Assembly: GCA_002633005.1 (NCBI GenBank)
Contig: NMRA01000837.1
Coordinates: 62,001-126,000 of the forward strand
Direction: 5' to 3'
From: Phoronis australis
Taxonomy: Eukaryota; Animalia; Phoronida
DNA length: 64,000 nt
Under the pieces are notes generated by a model that was not told where the DNA came from, made no database searches, and saw nothing but the letters and a program-made list of their open reading frames with translations. Of the stretch, positions 11,201 to 26,221 are shown piece by piece. The first letter of the stretch is position 1. Every line of letters starts with the position of its first letter. Both the position numbers and the translations under genes were made by a program.

Positions 11201-14200
11201 GCCAGCCGTCCTCACAGATGCGACTGGAATTCGAAACATTACAATGCTTACAAAAACGCACTGAATTTTCACACACAAATTACAGCTAGACACTGTCACA
11301 CCAATAGAAGAAACGAAAAATAATAGTTTATAAAAGAAAATTGTCCATATAATATTTACAGTAGTAAATTTATTAGCATTTTACCAACTACCACATCTTT
11401 CGGAATGTTTGGGTTTATCAAAGTTGTACCATCTCTATGCATTTTTTATCTTTTTTATTCTTTTACTTCACTTGGTAACAACACATAGCTGAAGAGCGTC
11501 CTGTTCATGCAAGACTCTCGCCAATGAAGCTAATGTGAGGATATGCTTCGCTTCTAATGCATTCAATTTGGTGATATCTAACCAAGACTTCGGTTATCTT
11601 GATTTTCTTGCAAGAAATTTGCTCTTGAAAATGCAGCAGCCTGTGTACACCATTGTTATTAATGACCTCTTCATTTTTACAATCTGTCATTACGACAGAC
11701 TCTTGACCTTGATAAAAACTTCTCAATTCCCATTCACATTTTATTTAAGACCTGAAAGTGAAACAAAGGAACAGTTACAAGCCATCATGATCAACCAACC
11801 ACACTCCACTCACCTGAATCGTTTAGTTCTTGCGACTGACTAGTTGCTGATTCTGGTTCCTGGACATTGCTTCCAGTTGGACTCTCCACAGTCCGGGAGG
11901 TAAAATTCAACTTCAGAGTGCCCGCAGTCGTACCCTCTGAGCTGTAGTGGAGACTGATGCCGGAGACATATTGTTGAGATCCCTCGGCGTGCGCAACAGA
12001 AGCGCTGGCTTCCAGTTGCCTAGATGAATCTGACTGCTGTTCCTGTAACACAGAACTAGTCCCTACAGTAGGAACAGCTTTAACTTCTGTTTCTGAGTCT
12101 CTAGTATCACTATCTACCTGAGGTATGCTTCCATCATCCCTTGCACTATCGTTTACATTGTTATAACACGCATTCAATTGCTGTGAGGAGCTCAGAGGTG
12201 TATCTGGCATATCACAACTTCCTATCACAGTGTTTTCGCTCGTCACTATCCCAGGAGATGATTCACATGGTTCACCATACGTCTCGTTGAGAATTTGGTG
12301 ATCGATTGCCTCGAGTGAATGGCTTATTGCACGTATTCCGACACTGGATCCAGACCCGCAGTCATCTAATGTTTGTGAATCAACAGGAGATGCTGATTGT
12401 GGATCACTTGCACTATTATTTGCACTGAAACTATCGACTAAGCCTGAACACCTGTCGACAACTGACACTGTTGTATCACTTTTACTATTGTTTAATTCAT
12501 CGGCAGAATGGCTCGACACCTCCATCTGGTCATTTTCTACTTGCTGTTCCAACTTTTTATCTACACCCTCCTCACCAACATCCTGCAGTTGAGAATTCTC
12601 CCTACCCCCCTCTGCCTGCAGCGAATCTATAGTTCTGCCTTCTCGCTGCTGTAAATTCTGGTTATCTACCACTTGTTGTTGGGAATTCTCAACATTTCCC
12701 TGTTGCTGAAGCTCATTTTCTCCTTCTTGCTCATGCAAACTTCCGCTTTCACTCTCAGCTTGATTTTGACTCTCACCCTCTTCACCAGAACTGGGCGCAT
12801 CTGGGTTTAGCCAACGCGTCAACATGTCCGACATTCGTTGCATCATGCTGGCTCCAGGACTGCGAGGAGCTAAATCCTCATTGGACCGTTCCCTCTCGGG
12901 GCGGGCATGGGGACCAGTGTCTGACCAATCACCTCGCAGGCGAAGCCTCTTGACAGGCGGCTGCCGTAGAGTTGCCTGTGAAAACAGAAAACTGCAGTTG
13001 CAAATGAACAAAAGAAGTAATTTTCACTTGTAATACAATTTTCAACCACATTTTGTTAGCTTAAATTACACGCAGCGGATAAGACTTTTGCATCCATGCA
13101 AATTTGTTTGTTTTGCATCATTTAGCAATATGGAGTTATTATACATTGAATTGTTCCATTGTTAATACAAAAGTTCTCTAGTTCCATGCACAAAAAAGAC
13201 ACCAAAAGTGTAAAAAGTGGAAGACAGCAACATTTTACTTAGATTCTATCTTCACACAATTATACCATATAAACAGTAACAAAATATGAATCACAAGTGA
13301 CACTTGTGTGATCTGTGGATCAAGCATGACAATGGTGTGGATCATGCATTGTACTGGTGCAGACCACATTGACAAACCTCATGTGATGAACTGTTTGGCA
13401 CTCCAGAATTTCTACTTGTGCTTGGCTCTGCTGAAACCTCACAACAGTTCGTTTCCACAGAGGGCTTGGGTTCATGACCATCTCCCTTGATAAAGCAACA
13501 GCAGTAGTTATATAGGAGAGTTTACTTAAAGAACCACATCACACTGTGATTTAACCCTTATCCTGCTGAGCCTCTATTCAGACTAGTCTTTCCCCATGTG
13601 CTGAGCTAAGTAGGTCACCACTACTGCTGTACACTAAGCTGTTTGGAAGGTCACCCACACTAATGACCTATTTTCAACTTGGAAATTTGAAGGGGAAATG
13701 CCAATTTCACAGAAAAGCGGTCATCATGAAAGTTGTTGAGAATTTAATGGAAATTTTTACCACATGTACATCTTCTTCATAACTTTAGTGAAAATAAACT
13801 GATCCACAGACATCCTCTCACCATGGCTTCAGCCATAATGAAACTATGTGCCTGCACACTCACTTACATAAACCTGCCAACATCTCCCAAACTAGTAATC
13901 ACAGCCATATGGTTTGAATCAGAGAAAGAGAAAGGAAACTGTGGGCTGCCTGAATGCACATGCTCACATAGCCAAACCACATACAGGGCTCTCACAATTT
14001 GTGAATGAAAACCACAATTGTCCTGGGGTGAGTGCACACACCCACCACTCCCAGCTGCAGCTTAGTGGATTGAATACACCCATGGTGCTGCACAGGATAA
14101 TTAGCAAGTTGACTGACCTCACCTAGTGCTGGATAAGGGTTAAAACTTGGTAATTTGTAAGGATTTTTGAACAATACAAGAAAGCGTTTCATATTTCATT

Positions 14201-17200
14201 AATTATCCTATTGACTGGTTGAGATCTGCACTCTGATTCTTTTTGAGTCTACCTTATTTGGCTTAACAACTGCCCATGCCCCTATAAGCACCCCCCAGGC
14301 ATTTTCAGACTTTGCTAAAATAAGTGCCCAACTACACAGGAATTTAGAAATCTTAGGGACGCTAGCTGGAAAACTTAAGGAGGATTTCAGGTAATTTGCT
14401 TGTCGAGTTGAACATGCTATGAACATTCCCACTAAATAAGATTGGTCCTAACCCCAGTGGTTAAGGTAAACGGTGGGGTATGGAAAATTGAACTAGACCG
14501 TATTTATCCACCTTGGCTGAGTCGCGCTCGGCTCACGATCAAAGGGATGCCGCCAAGCTGCTCTAGTCATCGAGTCACAAGCGAGGATAATTGGCTTCGC
14601 TCATGCGGATATGATCAGCTGATTACAATCTAGCTAGCAGACTGTACTTTTTATGGAGAGAGTTTTACGTAGTTTTTACTGTATTATTTGAAAAGAGGAG
14701 CCAAAACAAATATGAGTACAACTTTGAATTTTTCAAATCGGCCCAGGATAAGAGATTTTGCAACACAGCAACACTCACGATTACTTTCATTCGGCGCGCA
14801 CTAATACAAAAATATAGGACCCANNNNNNNNNNNNNNNNNNNNNNNNNNNNNNNNNNNNNNNNNNNNNNNNNNNNNNNNNNNNNNNNNNNNNNNNNNNNN
14901 NNNNNNNNNNNNNNNNNNNNNNNNNNNNNNNNNNNNNNNNNNNNNNNNNNNNNNNNNNNNNNNNNNNNNNNNNNNNNNNNNNNNNNNNNNNNNNNNNNNN
15001 NNNNNNNNNNNNNNNNNNNNNNNNNNNNNNNNNNNNNNNNNNNNNNNNNNNNNNNNNNNNNNNNNNNNNNNNNNNNNNNNNNNNNNNNNNNNNNNNNNNN
15101 NNNNNNNNNNNNNNNNNNNNNNNNNNNNNNNNNNNNNNNNNNNNNNNNNNNNNNNNNNNNNNNNNNNNNNNNNNNNNNNNNNNNNNNNNNNNNNNNNNNN
15201 NNNNNNNNNNNNNNNNNNNNNNNNNNNNNNNNNNNNNNNNNNNNNNNNNNNNNNNNNNNNNNNNNNNNNNNNNNNNNNNNNNNNNNNNNNNNNNNNNNNN
15301 NNNNNNNNNNNNNNNNNNNNNNNNNNNNNNNNNNNNNNNNNNNNNNNNNNNNNNNNNNNNNNNNNNNNNNNNNNNNNNNNNNNNNNNNNNNNNNNNNNNN
15401 NNNNNNNNNNNNNNNNNNNNNNNNNNNNNNNNNNNNNNNNNNNNNNNNNNNNNNNNNNNNNNNNNNNNNNNNNNNNNNNNNNNNNNNNNNNNNNNNNNNN
15501 NNNNNNNNNNNNNNNNNNNNNNNNNNNNNNNNNNNNNNNNNNNNNNNNNNNNNNNNNNNNNNNNNNNNNNNNNNNNNNNNNNNNNNNNNNNNNNNNNNNN
15601 NNNNNNNNNNNNNNNNNNNNNNNNNNNNNNNNNNNNNNNNNNNNNNNNNNNNNNNNNNNNNNNNNNNNNNNNNNNNNNNNNNNNNNNNNNNNNNNNNNNN
15701 NNNNNNNNNNNNNNNNNNNNNNNNNNNNNNNNNNNNNNNNNNNNNNNNNNNNNNNNNNNNNNNNNNNNNNNNNNNNNNNNNNNNNNNNNNGTGATGCAAG
15801 ACATTATTCTTTGTTGCATTATAGTAACTGGTCTTGGCTAATTATCATTTTATGGCCTGGTCATCCATTCAGCCAAAAGTAGTTCCAGAGGTGGCTTATC
15901 AGCCAATTATTCACGCATGCTGACTCACAATAGAAGCCTGATAAGAGTGAAGGTGGATAAATGCAGTGTTCCTACAGTTTCTTGTTTTAGTGGACGTGTT
16001 CACGACATGAAACTGTATTTTTATTCAAGCAATAAAGTTGCCATATCGACGATGGAAAAGCAGTCAGTCGGCGAGTTTTCGCCCTAGGAATTTATGCACA
16101 ATTTTCTGTAAATTGATTGTAATTCAACAGCAAAGTTTGATAGCAATGTACCACAATTTTGTAGAAAGTCTGTCATAGGTTACAGATATGTCACAGAGCG
16201 TAAATATGATGAATCTTAGCTTCCGATTTCACCCGTTTCGAAGACCGAGTTTCAACCGCCTTGAGTTACAATAAGCGGCCCCCTTGAAACAAATTTTTCT
16301 AAGCGCCCTAGGCGGTTATTAGGGCGAATACGTTGGTTTCTTTGGACACAAAAAACAAATTTCTCAATTACACGCCATGCAGGTGATGTTGGAATGCGAG
16401 TATATTATTTGACTAAATCAGCTGGCATCTCTATACAGCACTTGGGAACATACAAGCAAATTAAAAGAACCTTGGTCTGCCATTTGAAAGCTTGTTCCGT
16501 AAGTCACGCAAGAGTACAAAGTTGCAGAATGATAAAATGTTACTTACATCGACATCAAATAAATAGATGAAATCGGATGAGTAGCTAACCAGGATTTGTC
16601 TCCCATTGTCACTGTACTTAAGGGAAGTGATGCGATGAGAGGCGTTCTTCAGTGAAGGAGGTACGAATCTACACACAAGGCCAGTGATACCTCGGCCAGA
16701 GTATGAGCCTGAAATTCAAATGATCATTATGAGATCAAATCTGAAGACTGAGGGTATAAGCGAGCACCTTCAATGCCACTTTCTCATTTACATCAAAGTT
16801 AGCCTGCAGCAGACAAAATGCCCTTTTGAAACCAGAAATGCAAGTATTTTTGAATAGATAATTATTTCTGTTTCAATCTTACATCTGGCAGTGAGTAAAA
16901 AATTTGTAGTTTCCTGTTTATAAATACCAAGTTTCATTTGATGAGTGGACTTATGCACTTACCTAATTACTTTGAACAGTTTACACTGTTAAGACAGAAA
17001 AGTTACAAATGACAAAAATTCAAAAAACAATGATAAACATTGACATGTACAGCATATCCTTATTATATCCTTAGAATACAAAGTACAAATGACAACAATA
17101 AAATGAAAAAGCATACTGCAGTCTAAACTGCTTTATCATGTATTCATCTCTTGGAGGGACAGTAACCCAACCAAAATTTCCTTACCGGTCAATCTTGTAC

Positions 17201-20200
17201 CGAGCATGCGTCGGTCAAACACTCGGGCAGAACTGTCAGAGCATCCGACTGCAAGGTAGTAAGGATGAACTGGGTCCACAGCTAGAGAGGTCACAGCTCT
17301 ACGGCAGTTGATCAGCACATCCTGAATGGAGGTCAAGAGTACTTTAAATTCGAAGGTTACGCTATATCTCAGTTGCTTATGGCTATTTATAGGTGATCAT
17401 GATGTACTTACATTTTGTTCTGACCAGGAATATAAAAAAACAAGAGTCCATAACCAAATTAATTTTTTGAACTTGTAGCCCAAAATAAATACCACGTTAA
17501 CTGATATAAGGGCTGTCAAACTGTTTGACACAAAATCTGTAACTATCATGCTAAAAATCTGTATTTTGCAAGTGAAAACTTAATGTACGACATCCAATAT
17601 TTTTCGGAAAGATCTCGAGAGATGAGCCCATGGCAAAAAGACCTTAATTTAGCTTGAAATCATGTTCCACTAATTTAAAGCACCTTAGGTTTCAGCAAGT
17701 CTCAACAATTTCTGATCCATTGACCAATCATGAAAGAGAAAGCCCAATATGCAAAGCACAACAAGCTCTGGCACTCACATACGCCTAACTCATCGGCCAT
17801 TATGCTCTCTTCATTTACCAGATTTTTCTTCCCCGAGCTTGTGGATCACGTTTCAAAAATGCCGATAATCAAAAGCTCACTTTGCTTTCAACTGCTTTTT
17901 TAACAGAACTAAAAGCTCAAAATCCGTTACATTTTATACCCTGTACGTGACAACTTACTGCCTTAGAACCACATAGAGCAGACACAAATCCGGAACTGTT
18001 GGCAGCCATGTGACATACCAAAATTGGTGTGACTCAGTGAACCAGATAGGGGATTGCCCAACCTGTATGCAGACCTCTTAAAGGGACATTGTCAGACTTA
18101 CTGCCAAAACTGCACCTTTGGGATTACTGCCGGATAGGTTAGACTACTTGAAGTTACCAGCTATGACCAGAGCAAAAAATCAAGAAAATATCCGTTGTGT
18201 TGTTTTATTACAAATTGCTAACTCTCGCCATTGTCTGCCAGCCATTCGCTGAAATAAAGGCCGGTGACTTTACCAGTTAAATATTGTGAAACTATAGTGG
18301 CATTTAATAAGAGGGGTTAAGCTCTGACAACAGGGCACTACACTGTGTCTGAGGGGCAGGGTTTAGAATGACCAATGACAAAAAGAGGAAAAATTTCCAG
18401 GTGATGTATCGTTCCACAAATAAAGAAATAATCTTGTGTGATAAAAACATTTTTGGGTTGAAAAATTTAACATTTTTGCATGAAAAAAGTCAAAATAATG
18501 ATAAAAAAGAGACGAAAAAGATGACACTGGAAATCAAATAAGAAGAATTCAAAACCAAAAAAGAGGAAATCCTCTTAACAGAGGAAAATTCCAAGCCCTG
18601 CAGGAGGTTGCAAATTCAATACTGCGCAGAGACTGATCTTGGAAAATCACATTTCTTGCCAATAGTGTCCCTTTAAGAGTCATCTTGAATGACTCATTTC
18701 TCATTCTCCAATGTCACGGAAGTCACCTACACAGACCTGATTACAGTCCTCTTCACGACAGTGTTGCTTCAACCGCAAGTCAAACCAGCGCACTGTGCCA
18801 TCCTCACCACAAGACAACAAGGAATACGGGTCACCGGGTACCGTGACAACCTAAAATCAGCCAATCAACAAGGATCAGAGGTCACAACGAAAAAGAAACA
18901 GGAGTCAGTGTGATAACATAAAATGACCCAATAAACACCCTCTGCATCACAGTGCACCATCATACACATACATTACGAAGTGATTAAAAGCTCATAAAAC
19001 AGACAGAATAAAAATAACCCTAATTCAAACCAGGAAATCAGGGTTTACAAACCATAATGCATAGCCTAATCACAAAGCATTCAACATAAAAAACGTTTAA
19101 AGGTAAACGAATTTCATCAGGGCTGTTCCAGTAAAATCCGTGTGGGAGGGGGGGGACAGCAGTAGAAATAAAAATTCATGGGTGGTGGTCTTCAGAAAAA
19201 AACACAAATTATGGGTGGTCGTTCCTGTAAGAAGTGATGCATTAAAAATGGGTGGTATTTTTTGACCTGTTAATGTTGACAGGTTGATTACTTCAGCCCT
19301 CAAAACTCAAAACAAGCCAATACAAAAAAGCCCATATTGCCAGTGAACAGAGTGCAATATGTTCACTAAGCCATTAATCAAGCCATGGGCAACTTGATTT
19401 GAGCCAACTGTTTGTCTGCAGTCCTATTGAATTGAAAAGTTATGCAACACTAAACTGGTGTTAACACATATAAGAAAATTGATGATTTTTAAATAAAAAG
19501 TATGAGGAGTAAGATAAACAAGTTCCAATATTCACTTGACATAGAAGTATAAAAGAGTTCGTGGAGACAGTTTGAGATTCATAGATCCTTATAATTGAAA
19601 AAATGTTCATTGAAATTATAGACACATGGTGAACAGAGACACCTGGTGGCTGCCAAAAGTATTGCTCACAGGCTACTTTAGTTTTTGACAATATTGGACA
19701 AGACAACTAGTTCTTGTCTGTCAATCATCTAAGTTCTTAACAGGTCCTCCTGGAGGCAATTTGTTTGCAAGTGTTGGATTTTATATTTTAACCTATTAAA
19801 AATAATTAAAAAATTATGGGTCATGGGTTGGAGAAATAAATGAAAATTATGGGCGGTGGGTACGAAATAAAAGTGCCTTCCCCCCCCTCCCATACAGATT
19901 TTGCTGGAACAGCCCTCAACTGTTGTTTACAGTTAAGCTAACAATAACTGTTTGGGCAAGTATTGCAGCAATTGAATTGATAGTCTGTATACTAACATTT
20001 ACCAAGATAATACATTATAAATATAATACATTACCTCTAGAACTATTTTCCAATTAGTGAGTAGGTACAGTTCTAATTTCTAATGATAAAGTGATTCGTA
20101 TGACAGGCAGTAAAGAACAGTCATTTAATTCAAACGATGCACATGTATTCCTCATGTATCCAGTTAGTTCTAACAATAAAGCTAATTATCCCTCCAAGAC

Positions 20201-23200
20201 ACCGCCAAGTCAACAAACCTCGTACACGGTCCCAAAGTGACAGTTAAAAGAGGTGGTAGAATCTTCCCTCTCCACATTTGTGAAATAGATCATCCCATCA
20301 CCGGAGCATGACACAATCTGCAAGTGTAGTAAGTCTGCTTCATGAAAAGTGACTTTTAAGTCACTTAAAGACTTAGGACAGAAATTTGGTCCTGTGCTCC
20401 TGCTTCACAGTTTGTGAATTAAGTTTTAGCAAAGTATTTATTAGCTCCTCACAGACTGTAAATAATAATCAAAATTACCTCTCAGTTACTAGACGTTTTG
20501 TGTATATTCTCCGATGCTTTGCATCTTTGGTAAACCAAGATTAAATTATTTTTCAAAAAGAATTGTGTAGAGCGTAACTGTCGCATGGAGGGAAGAGCAA
20601 GATCCTCCGCAGCACACAAACGTATTGACAACCTTCTAGTTACAGTACACCAAGTATTCAGACAAAATGAACAGTATGAAAACCATCAACCGAAAACACT
20701 CGTGTGTTTAACGAATTCTGTTTGCAACAAAATTTTCAGATTTGTAGTAGAGTGATCCTTCAAATATGTTAGCCATGTTCAGATGACAACAATCCTTCAG
20801 TCATGCACGATCAGTTCGCTTTGAAAATAACATTAGCTCAGTTCATACACCAGTGACCAGTTCAAGTGCTGTCGAGACTGCCAATGTTGGAGATGCCATA
20901 GGTCACGCTGGATATATTCTACACTCAGTCGTGCAACGGGAAACTAGTAACTTAATGATCATTTACACCTGATTGCCATTATTATTCCAAATACAACTGC
21001 TACAGCTGGCGTTATCGACGACGTTAAATGACAGTAAACTTACGTGGTTGTCTGACGTGTTTGGCAAAAACTTGGCACTGAAGATATTGGCTCTGTGACC
21101 ACTATGCATCGAGAAAATCGTCTGAAATGGACAACAGCGAAATTAGAAGCAAAGTTTTAGAACTTGATCACATGACACAAACATCAAAATGTGGGATTAA
21201 TAATAAACAGAATACCGAGAGTTAAAATTTAAGAAAGGATGGACAGGGAATCTGTCCAGGTTGGTTGCTCTTCAAGAACTAGGTAAAGTCCTCAAGGCTT
21301 TGTATCCCTTTCAAATCTTCAAACAGAAATGTGAAATCTCAGTCACTATAGCTTGTGGTCCCATAAATCACACACGAGAATTATTTACAGTTCACTTTCA
21401 GATTTCCTTTTCAGAATGTAAGGAGTTCGTTATTGTAATTATTATAGCTCAAAAATAAAATTTAGTTTCTTTCTACTGAGCAAGATACTCAATGTGTGGT
21501 TCACCACGTGCATTAAAAAATAAAGACAAAATAATTTTCAAAATAATGAATGCCAGAACGAGACTCGCATAGTTTAACTAAAAGTGCTAAGCCAAATTTT
21601 CCATTGAAGCTATTTTTACAACATACTTCTGTGATTATCAACGACATGCGCAAATTTCAGCATAGTCTTGGACTACTTATCATTCCCTGGCCTTTACTTA
21701 CTATGAAGCAGTCCTTTTGACAGTCCCTGATGTTGATAATCAGGCAATACATTGCTAACCAGTGGATGAATCTGGTTAACAAAATCTGGGAACTTCAAAA
21801 CGGTATACTGCCATTGCAACATTGTACGTATATGGTGGAGTAGTTGGGGCATTTACGTTGTATCAGTGGTCCATTATGACGACCAACTCGATATGATCAG
21901 AGTCTGAGATTAATCGGTTACAGTGTTTGCTCAGAGAAATATAGAGAAAACATGGCGTATATGTCTACAGCTTCATTTCTAATTCAATGCTTCGTATTAA
22001 GTCCGCGTCACAATAGCAGCATTGACTATGGAAAACAAGTTTGAGATAACCAATGATTTTGAGTTTTTAGTGAAAATATAAATGTCTGATGGCTTCTCCC
22101 CTACCTTTTGTGAGTATGGGTTGACGATGTTTAAGAACTGGTCATCAGAGCCCGACAGAATGTAACTGCCCGTCTCATTCCAGCTGATTGTGTTCACCTA
22201 GAAAGGCAACGACAATTACTATCACACAATCAAGCTTTGAAATAGTCAAAATAGTGTTCTCCACCGCTTGTTTCACCGTGTCGCTGGTAGTTGCCACAAG
22301 TTTGAATGGCCCGTGTTTGAAAAAATAACGACCACCATACAAAAAAGTTGTCACCTTCGTTGCTAACGTCTTCATTGCTTTATTAGGCTTAACAATAACT
22401 GGGTCAGCTATTACTGCTTAACTAAAGCAGGTAACAAGGCAGGTAAATGTGCACAACTGAAGGACATATGCACTACAGACAAGGTCACCTGCCACTCAGC
22501 TGCTCACTTCCGAAACAGCATGTTTCAGGCTTGGCATTCCGACACGCTTGGATTTTCAGTTGTGGAGAACACTGATATCATACTGAACTTAAAGACAATT
22601 CTAATTGTTTTCAATACAGCCACATTTCTACCTACTGCCAAGAGGTAAGTGAGCAGTTACTTGCATGAAAAAGCATGGACTAAGAGTCACATAACCATGT
22701 CATCAGATATAGAAACTTAAAGTAACATTTTACTCGAATTGTGACTGATTAGAAAACCTGTTCCCAAGCAAAATACAGTTGTTCCGCTCACGAATACACA
22801 CAGACCTAGACTAACAAATCCACGGGTTAACACTGATGCCGTGCAAACTAAATAATTTTGTGTGTCAAATGATACCAACACTTGACCCAATAGCCATTCA
22901 AAATTTGTTTCAACTCATTTCTCACCAAGATGAAAAAAAAGTTGAGGATTTTGAATGAATTGGCAATACACAGCAACTTGGGATTGAGTACAAGGTGGGT
23001 TTTATGTGCTGAAAGCAATACGGCTAATGACCATTATGAGGCCAGGTCACTAACCAGGCACTTAACAAAGGTATCACTATGTGATATTCAGTGCTTATTG
23101 GCTAAAAACGAGTAGAAAAAAACAAAGTCTTAACAAGTAACATTCACAGTGTATGAGCATAGAGTTCACGACTAGGGTTAAGCTTGAAGAAGACATTCTT

Positions 23201-24488
23201 ACACATCCTCTGTGAACATCTAGTTTGCATTGTAGTTGAAGTCGCTGAACAAGATCCAGACTTCCTGCAAACAGAAGAGAACAGTTAGGTAATTTTAAGT
23301 TATACAAGGGACTATCAAGAAATTGAGATTTTTGTCATGAAAAAATCAAAAGTTGTATAAAGTGTAAATGAAATTACATTTACATTAAACGGTCAATACA
23401 GACTTGTCGATAAGGTCCTAATAGTAAGTATGGTATAATCTCACCAATTTGAGACAAAAACAATCGCCAAAATTGTCCTTTCTCCTTTTAAGATCTTCTT
23501 ACATTGTTGTGAGGATCCAGAAGTTTTCAAAAATTGTGTGTGATGGTAAACATCATCCAAAACTTGAATATTGTAAAGTATCAATTTCACTGCCATAGAC
23601 TTTATATGAAAAATAAAATGTCAGCTGTTGGCCATATTTTGTTCTAAATTGCCTGGTAAAAGCTTACTGCAAGTAAGAGATTAAAAAGTAGACAGGAAAA
23701 CCAAGGAAGACCGCCGGTGAAGATATTGATGAGACAAATACATCAAAACATAGAAGGCGATAGTTTGCAAAATCCATCAAAATCTTCGGGAAGCTTTCAC
23801 AAGTAAATAAGTCTCAGAGCAAATGCTGGTTGGGTAACACTGTCAGCTGCTAATGTAGAAAATATTCATGTGAAACATGAGCTGGAATAACCGAGACTTT
23901 GAAATGAAAATACAAAAAATTGCAAAATTAACAGAGGTGCACTTTTGGCAACACCGATAACTCATACAATATGCAGATCAATTTAGAGTACAAAATTCCA
24001 GCATCCTCACTTCAAAATCTGAAATTTCAATGAATTTTTGGAGACCGTTACCAACATCATCTCCATCTACACGAGCTAACGAAACATACGCTGTAGGGAA
24101 GGAGAGGGTCGAGGGTTGCTGTTGGCGTACACCGTACGCTATCAATGTCAAAAGAATGGCAATGCAAGATTCAATGCTCCATTTGTTGCTTTCATATTAT
24201 TAAAATAAGAGGAATGCCGTTTGAATTTTCACACTTAAATTACTCCTCACCAGTCCTCAGAACAGGAATGATGCTACACTAGACCGCTCAAGATTCCTAC
24301 ATCGGTTGATTTCTGCATTGTGCCAGTCAGTGCTTTAAGTTATATAGGAGGGTTATTAGGCAACGACTAGTCACAATCATGGGAAAACAAAGACCTTTTG
24401 CAGCATTGAAAAGACAACACGGGTGTCTCCTTCCTGCGCGTACATCATGCCGTAAAGAGAACAGACTCCTCTTGTGGCCGTTATGCAT
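5276..24488 (-). CDS. DCAF6: DDB1- and CUL4-associated factor 6 (WD40 plus IQ motif), about 944 aa. Coding exons 24395-24488, 23203-23264, 22105-22197, 21044-21121, 20219-20317, 18737-18850, 17186-17321, 16548-16708, 13378-13485, 11814-12975, 11098-11223, 10096-10144, 9196-9337, 8119-8275, 6679-6767, 6342-6447, 5276-5334
   Basis: GT-AG exons with consistent phases total 2835 nt. Diagnostic peptides: [127 protein letters not shown]-like [53 protein letters not shown]. Exons 13378-13485, 11098-11223 and 10096-10144 rest on splice and phase logic only. Confidence 0.95.
13555..14139. mobile_element. piggyBac-type non-autonomous element (MITE) in a DCAF6 intron
   Basis: TTAA|CCCTTATCCTGC at the left end and GCTGGATAAGGG|TTAA at the right end: terminal inverted repeats with CCC/GGG ends and a TTAA duplication. 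Confidence 0.75.
14497..15967. mobile_element. Inverted-repeat (MITE-like) element spanning the first assembly gap
   Basis: ACCGTATTTATCCACCTT (14497) pairs with AAGGTGGATAAATGCAGT (ends 15967). An inner pair is GAGTCACAAGCGAGGATAATTGGCT and AGCCAATTATTCACGCATGCTGACTC. It may be nested in a more decayed IR element at about 14251-16332. Confidence 0.6.
14824..15790. other. Assembly gap (N run)
   Basis: 967 consecutive N. Confidence 0.99.
18082..18672. mobile_element. Kolobok-like MITE with TTAA target duplication
   Basis: CTCTTAA|AGGGACA ... TGTCCCT|TTAAGAG is a perfect 14-bp inverted match including TTAA. It contains a nested CAGGG...CCCTG segment at about 18357-18600. Confidence 0.55.
19120..19915. 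mobile_element. PIF/Harbinger-like MITE
   Basis: About 35-bp TIRs GGGCTGTTCCAGTAAAATCCGTGTGGGAGGGGGGG and CCCCCCCTCCCATACAGATTTTGCTGGAACAGCCC (3 mismatches), flanked by a 3-bp TCA duplication. Confidence 0.8.
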
Positions 24489-26221
24489 TTCACCTATGAT
24501 GAGGAACCTGAAAAATAAATCATGATTAAGCACATGCAGTTGGAGTGTCTGAACCTTAAAGGATGATACTCTTTGACCCATCCTAAACTACGTGTACATG
24601 CTACAAATCATTAAATAGAATTGGGGATGCCATGCAGACACGGCATTTACAATAGTGATTGCTGGTTAAGATTCATTTAAGAGCTGATAGAACTAATGAT
24701 GTTATCTTAAAATAGATGCAACTAAACAGCTGTTGGGAACTTACCTACAAACCCGGGGATCCTACAATTATGTTTCAGAAGCCACAGGGAACATGAGTTC
24801 CTATCTTTTGAGAGGGTAAATAACCAAAAAATCTCATTTGGTATCGAATCTAGATGACACAAGTCTCTAAATTGAGGCTAGCCAGATATGAATCTAGTCC
24901 ATTATCAAGCATTCATGTGTGCTTTCGGTCAGCATTAGGACTTGCAGGCCTGTCATCTAACGTGATTCAAAAAGTTACTAAAACCATTCACTGACGGGTA
25001 CCAGACAAACACATTTAATGCATCTAGTTTAGCTAATTTTCATCATAGTTCTTCGGGTTGAAATGATACTATATTAACATTTTATGAAAAGTTCAATTTC
25101 AAGGGCCAAACAGATTTAATAATCACCAGTGTCTCGATACATTAATTTATTTGCTGTGAAGACACCACTAATGTGGTACTTGCTCTATTCTACCCAACAG
25201 GTCCTCGGATTAAATTCCCTGATAAACGGGTCTGTTGTGGACAATGGAAATTGTACAAATCTACTGACAAAATAAGGTGCCACAAAATGGGTCAAGCTTC
25301 TAATGAACATGTTCTGTAAATGCCTATTTTGTAATGCAAGTCCCTACACTCTCCCAGTGCTATGAGGAGAAGCCTTGTCATTTTGTCAAACAATGACGGG
25401 GAATCAGGGTGGTCACTGGTTAACAATACGGTCATAATTGGACATTGTTAGAGTCAGCATAGTTCGGTAGCAGCCTTTCGTTAACACAAACTTCATTGAA
25501 AACACAACTGGACTTTTTTGACAGCTTAATACAGACTTGCACGTAGAGTAGAAACAATCTCCTTTCTTCAGGCATGCAGCTACAGAGCAAAACTCCCCAG
25601 ACATAATAGACATACAAATTAAAACATAGCCATGTTTTGAGCCATTTTTAACCTTTTTCACCGTGCCTGATAACCACAAAATATTTCAATTGACATCATG
25701 CCAGTTAGGCAAGGACCCGCCTGAGACTGAACGAAGCACATGACTTAACTTGGTGCGTGACACTTACAAAAAGTAGCTACAGAAGATATATCCGGTGGAA
25801 TTTATAAGATAACATTTTCGTATGTCAACAAGCGTGATTTCGCGCAACTTCCAGGAAGGGTAGCTTGAGTGAACCACGACAGATTTTCTTGGATTTGTTC
25901 AAACTATGTCGAATTCGAGTCACTAACTAAATGCAACAAAATGTTTTAGCACAGCTATATTTAAGCAATTTAAATGTTCAAATTGGGTTGATTTGTAGAA
26001 AATTTTATACTCATCACACCTTGATTGGTGCCATCAAATTTTACTTATTTTCCATAATTCTCAGGCAGTGGATTGTGTCAAAAGTGGATCAAGGGTGTCG
26101 AATGTGGGTCATTTGAAAAATATAGTCCAAATTCACAAGAATTGGATCAAAACTACCGGAATCAAAGCATAAGTAAACAAAAAGGACAGATGGACTGTAT
26201 TGTGCATAGACATCTTATACT

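Noticed and set aside
14665-15819. Long 384-aa and 332-aa ORFs
   Set aside because: They consist almost entirely of N-gap translation.
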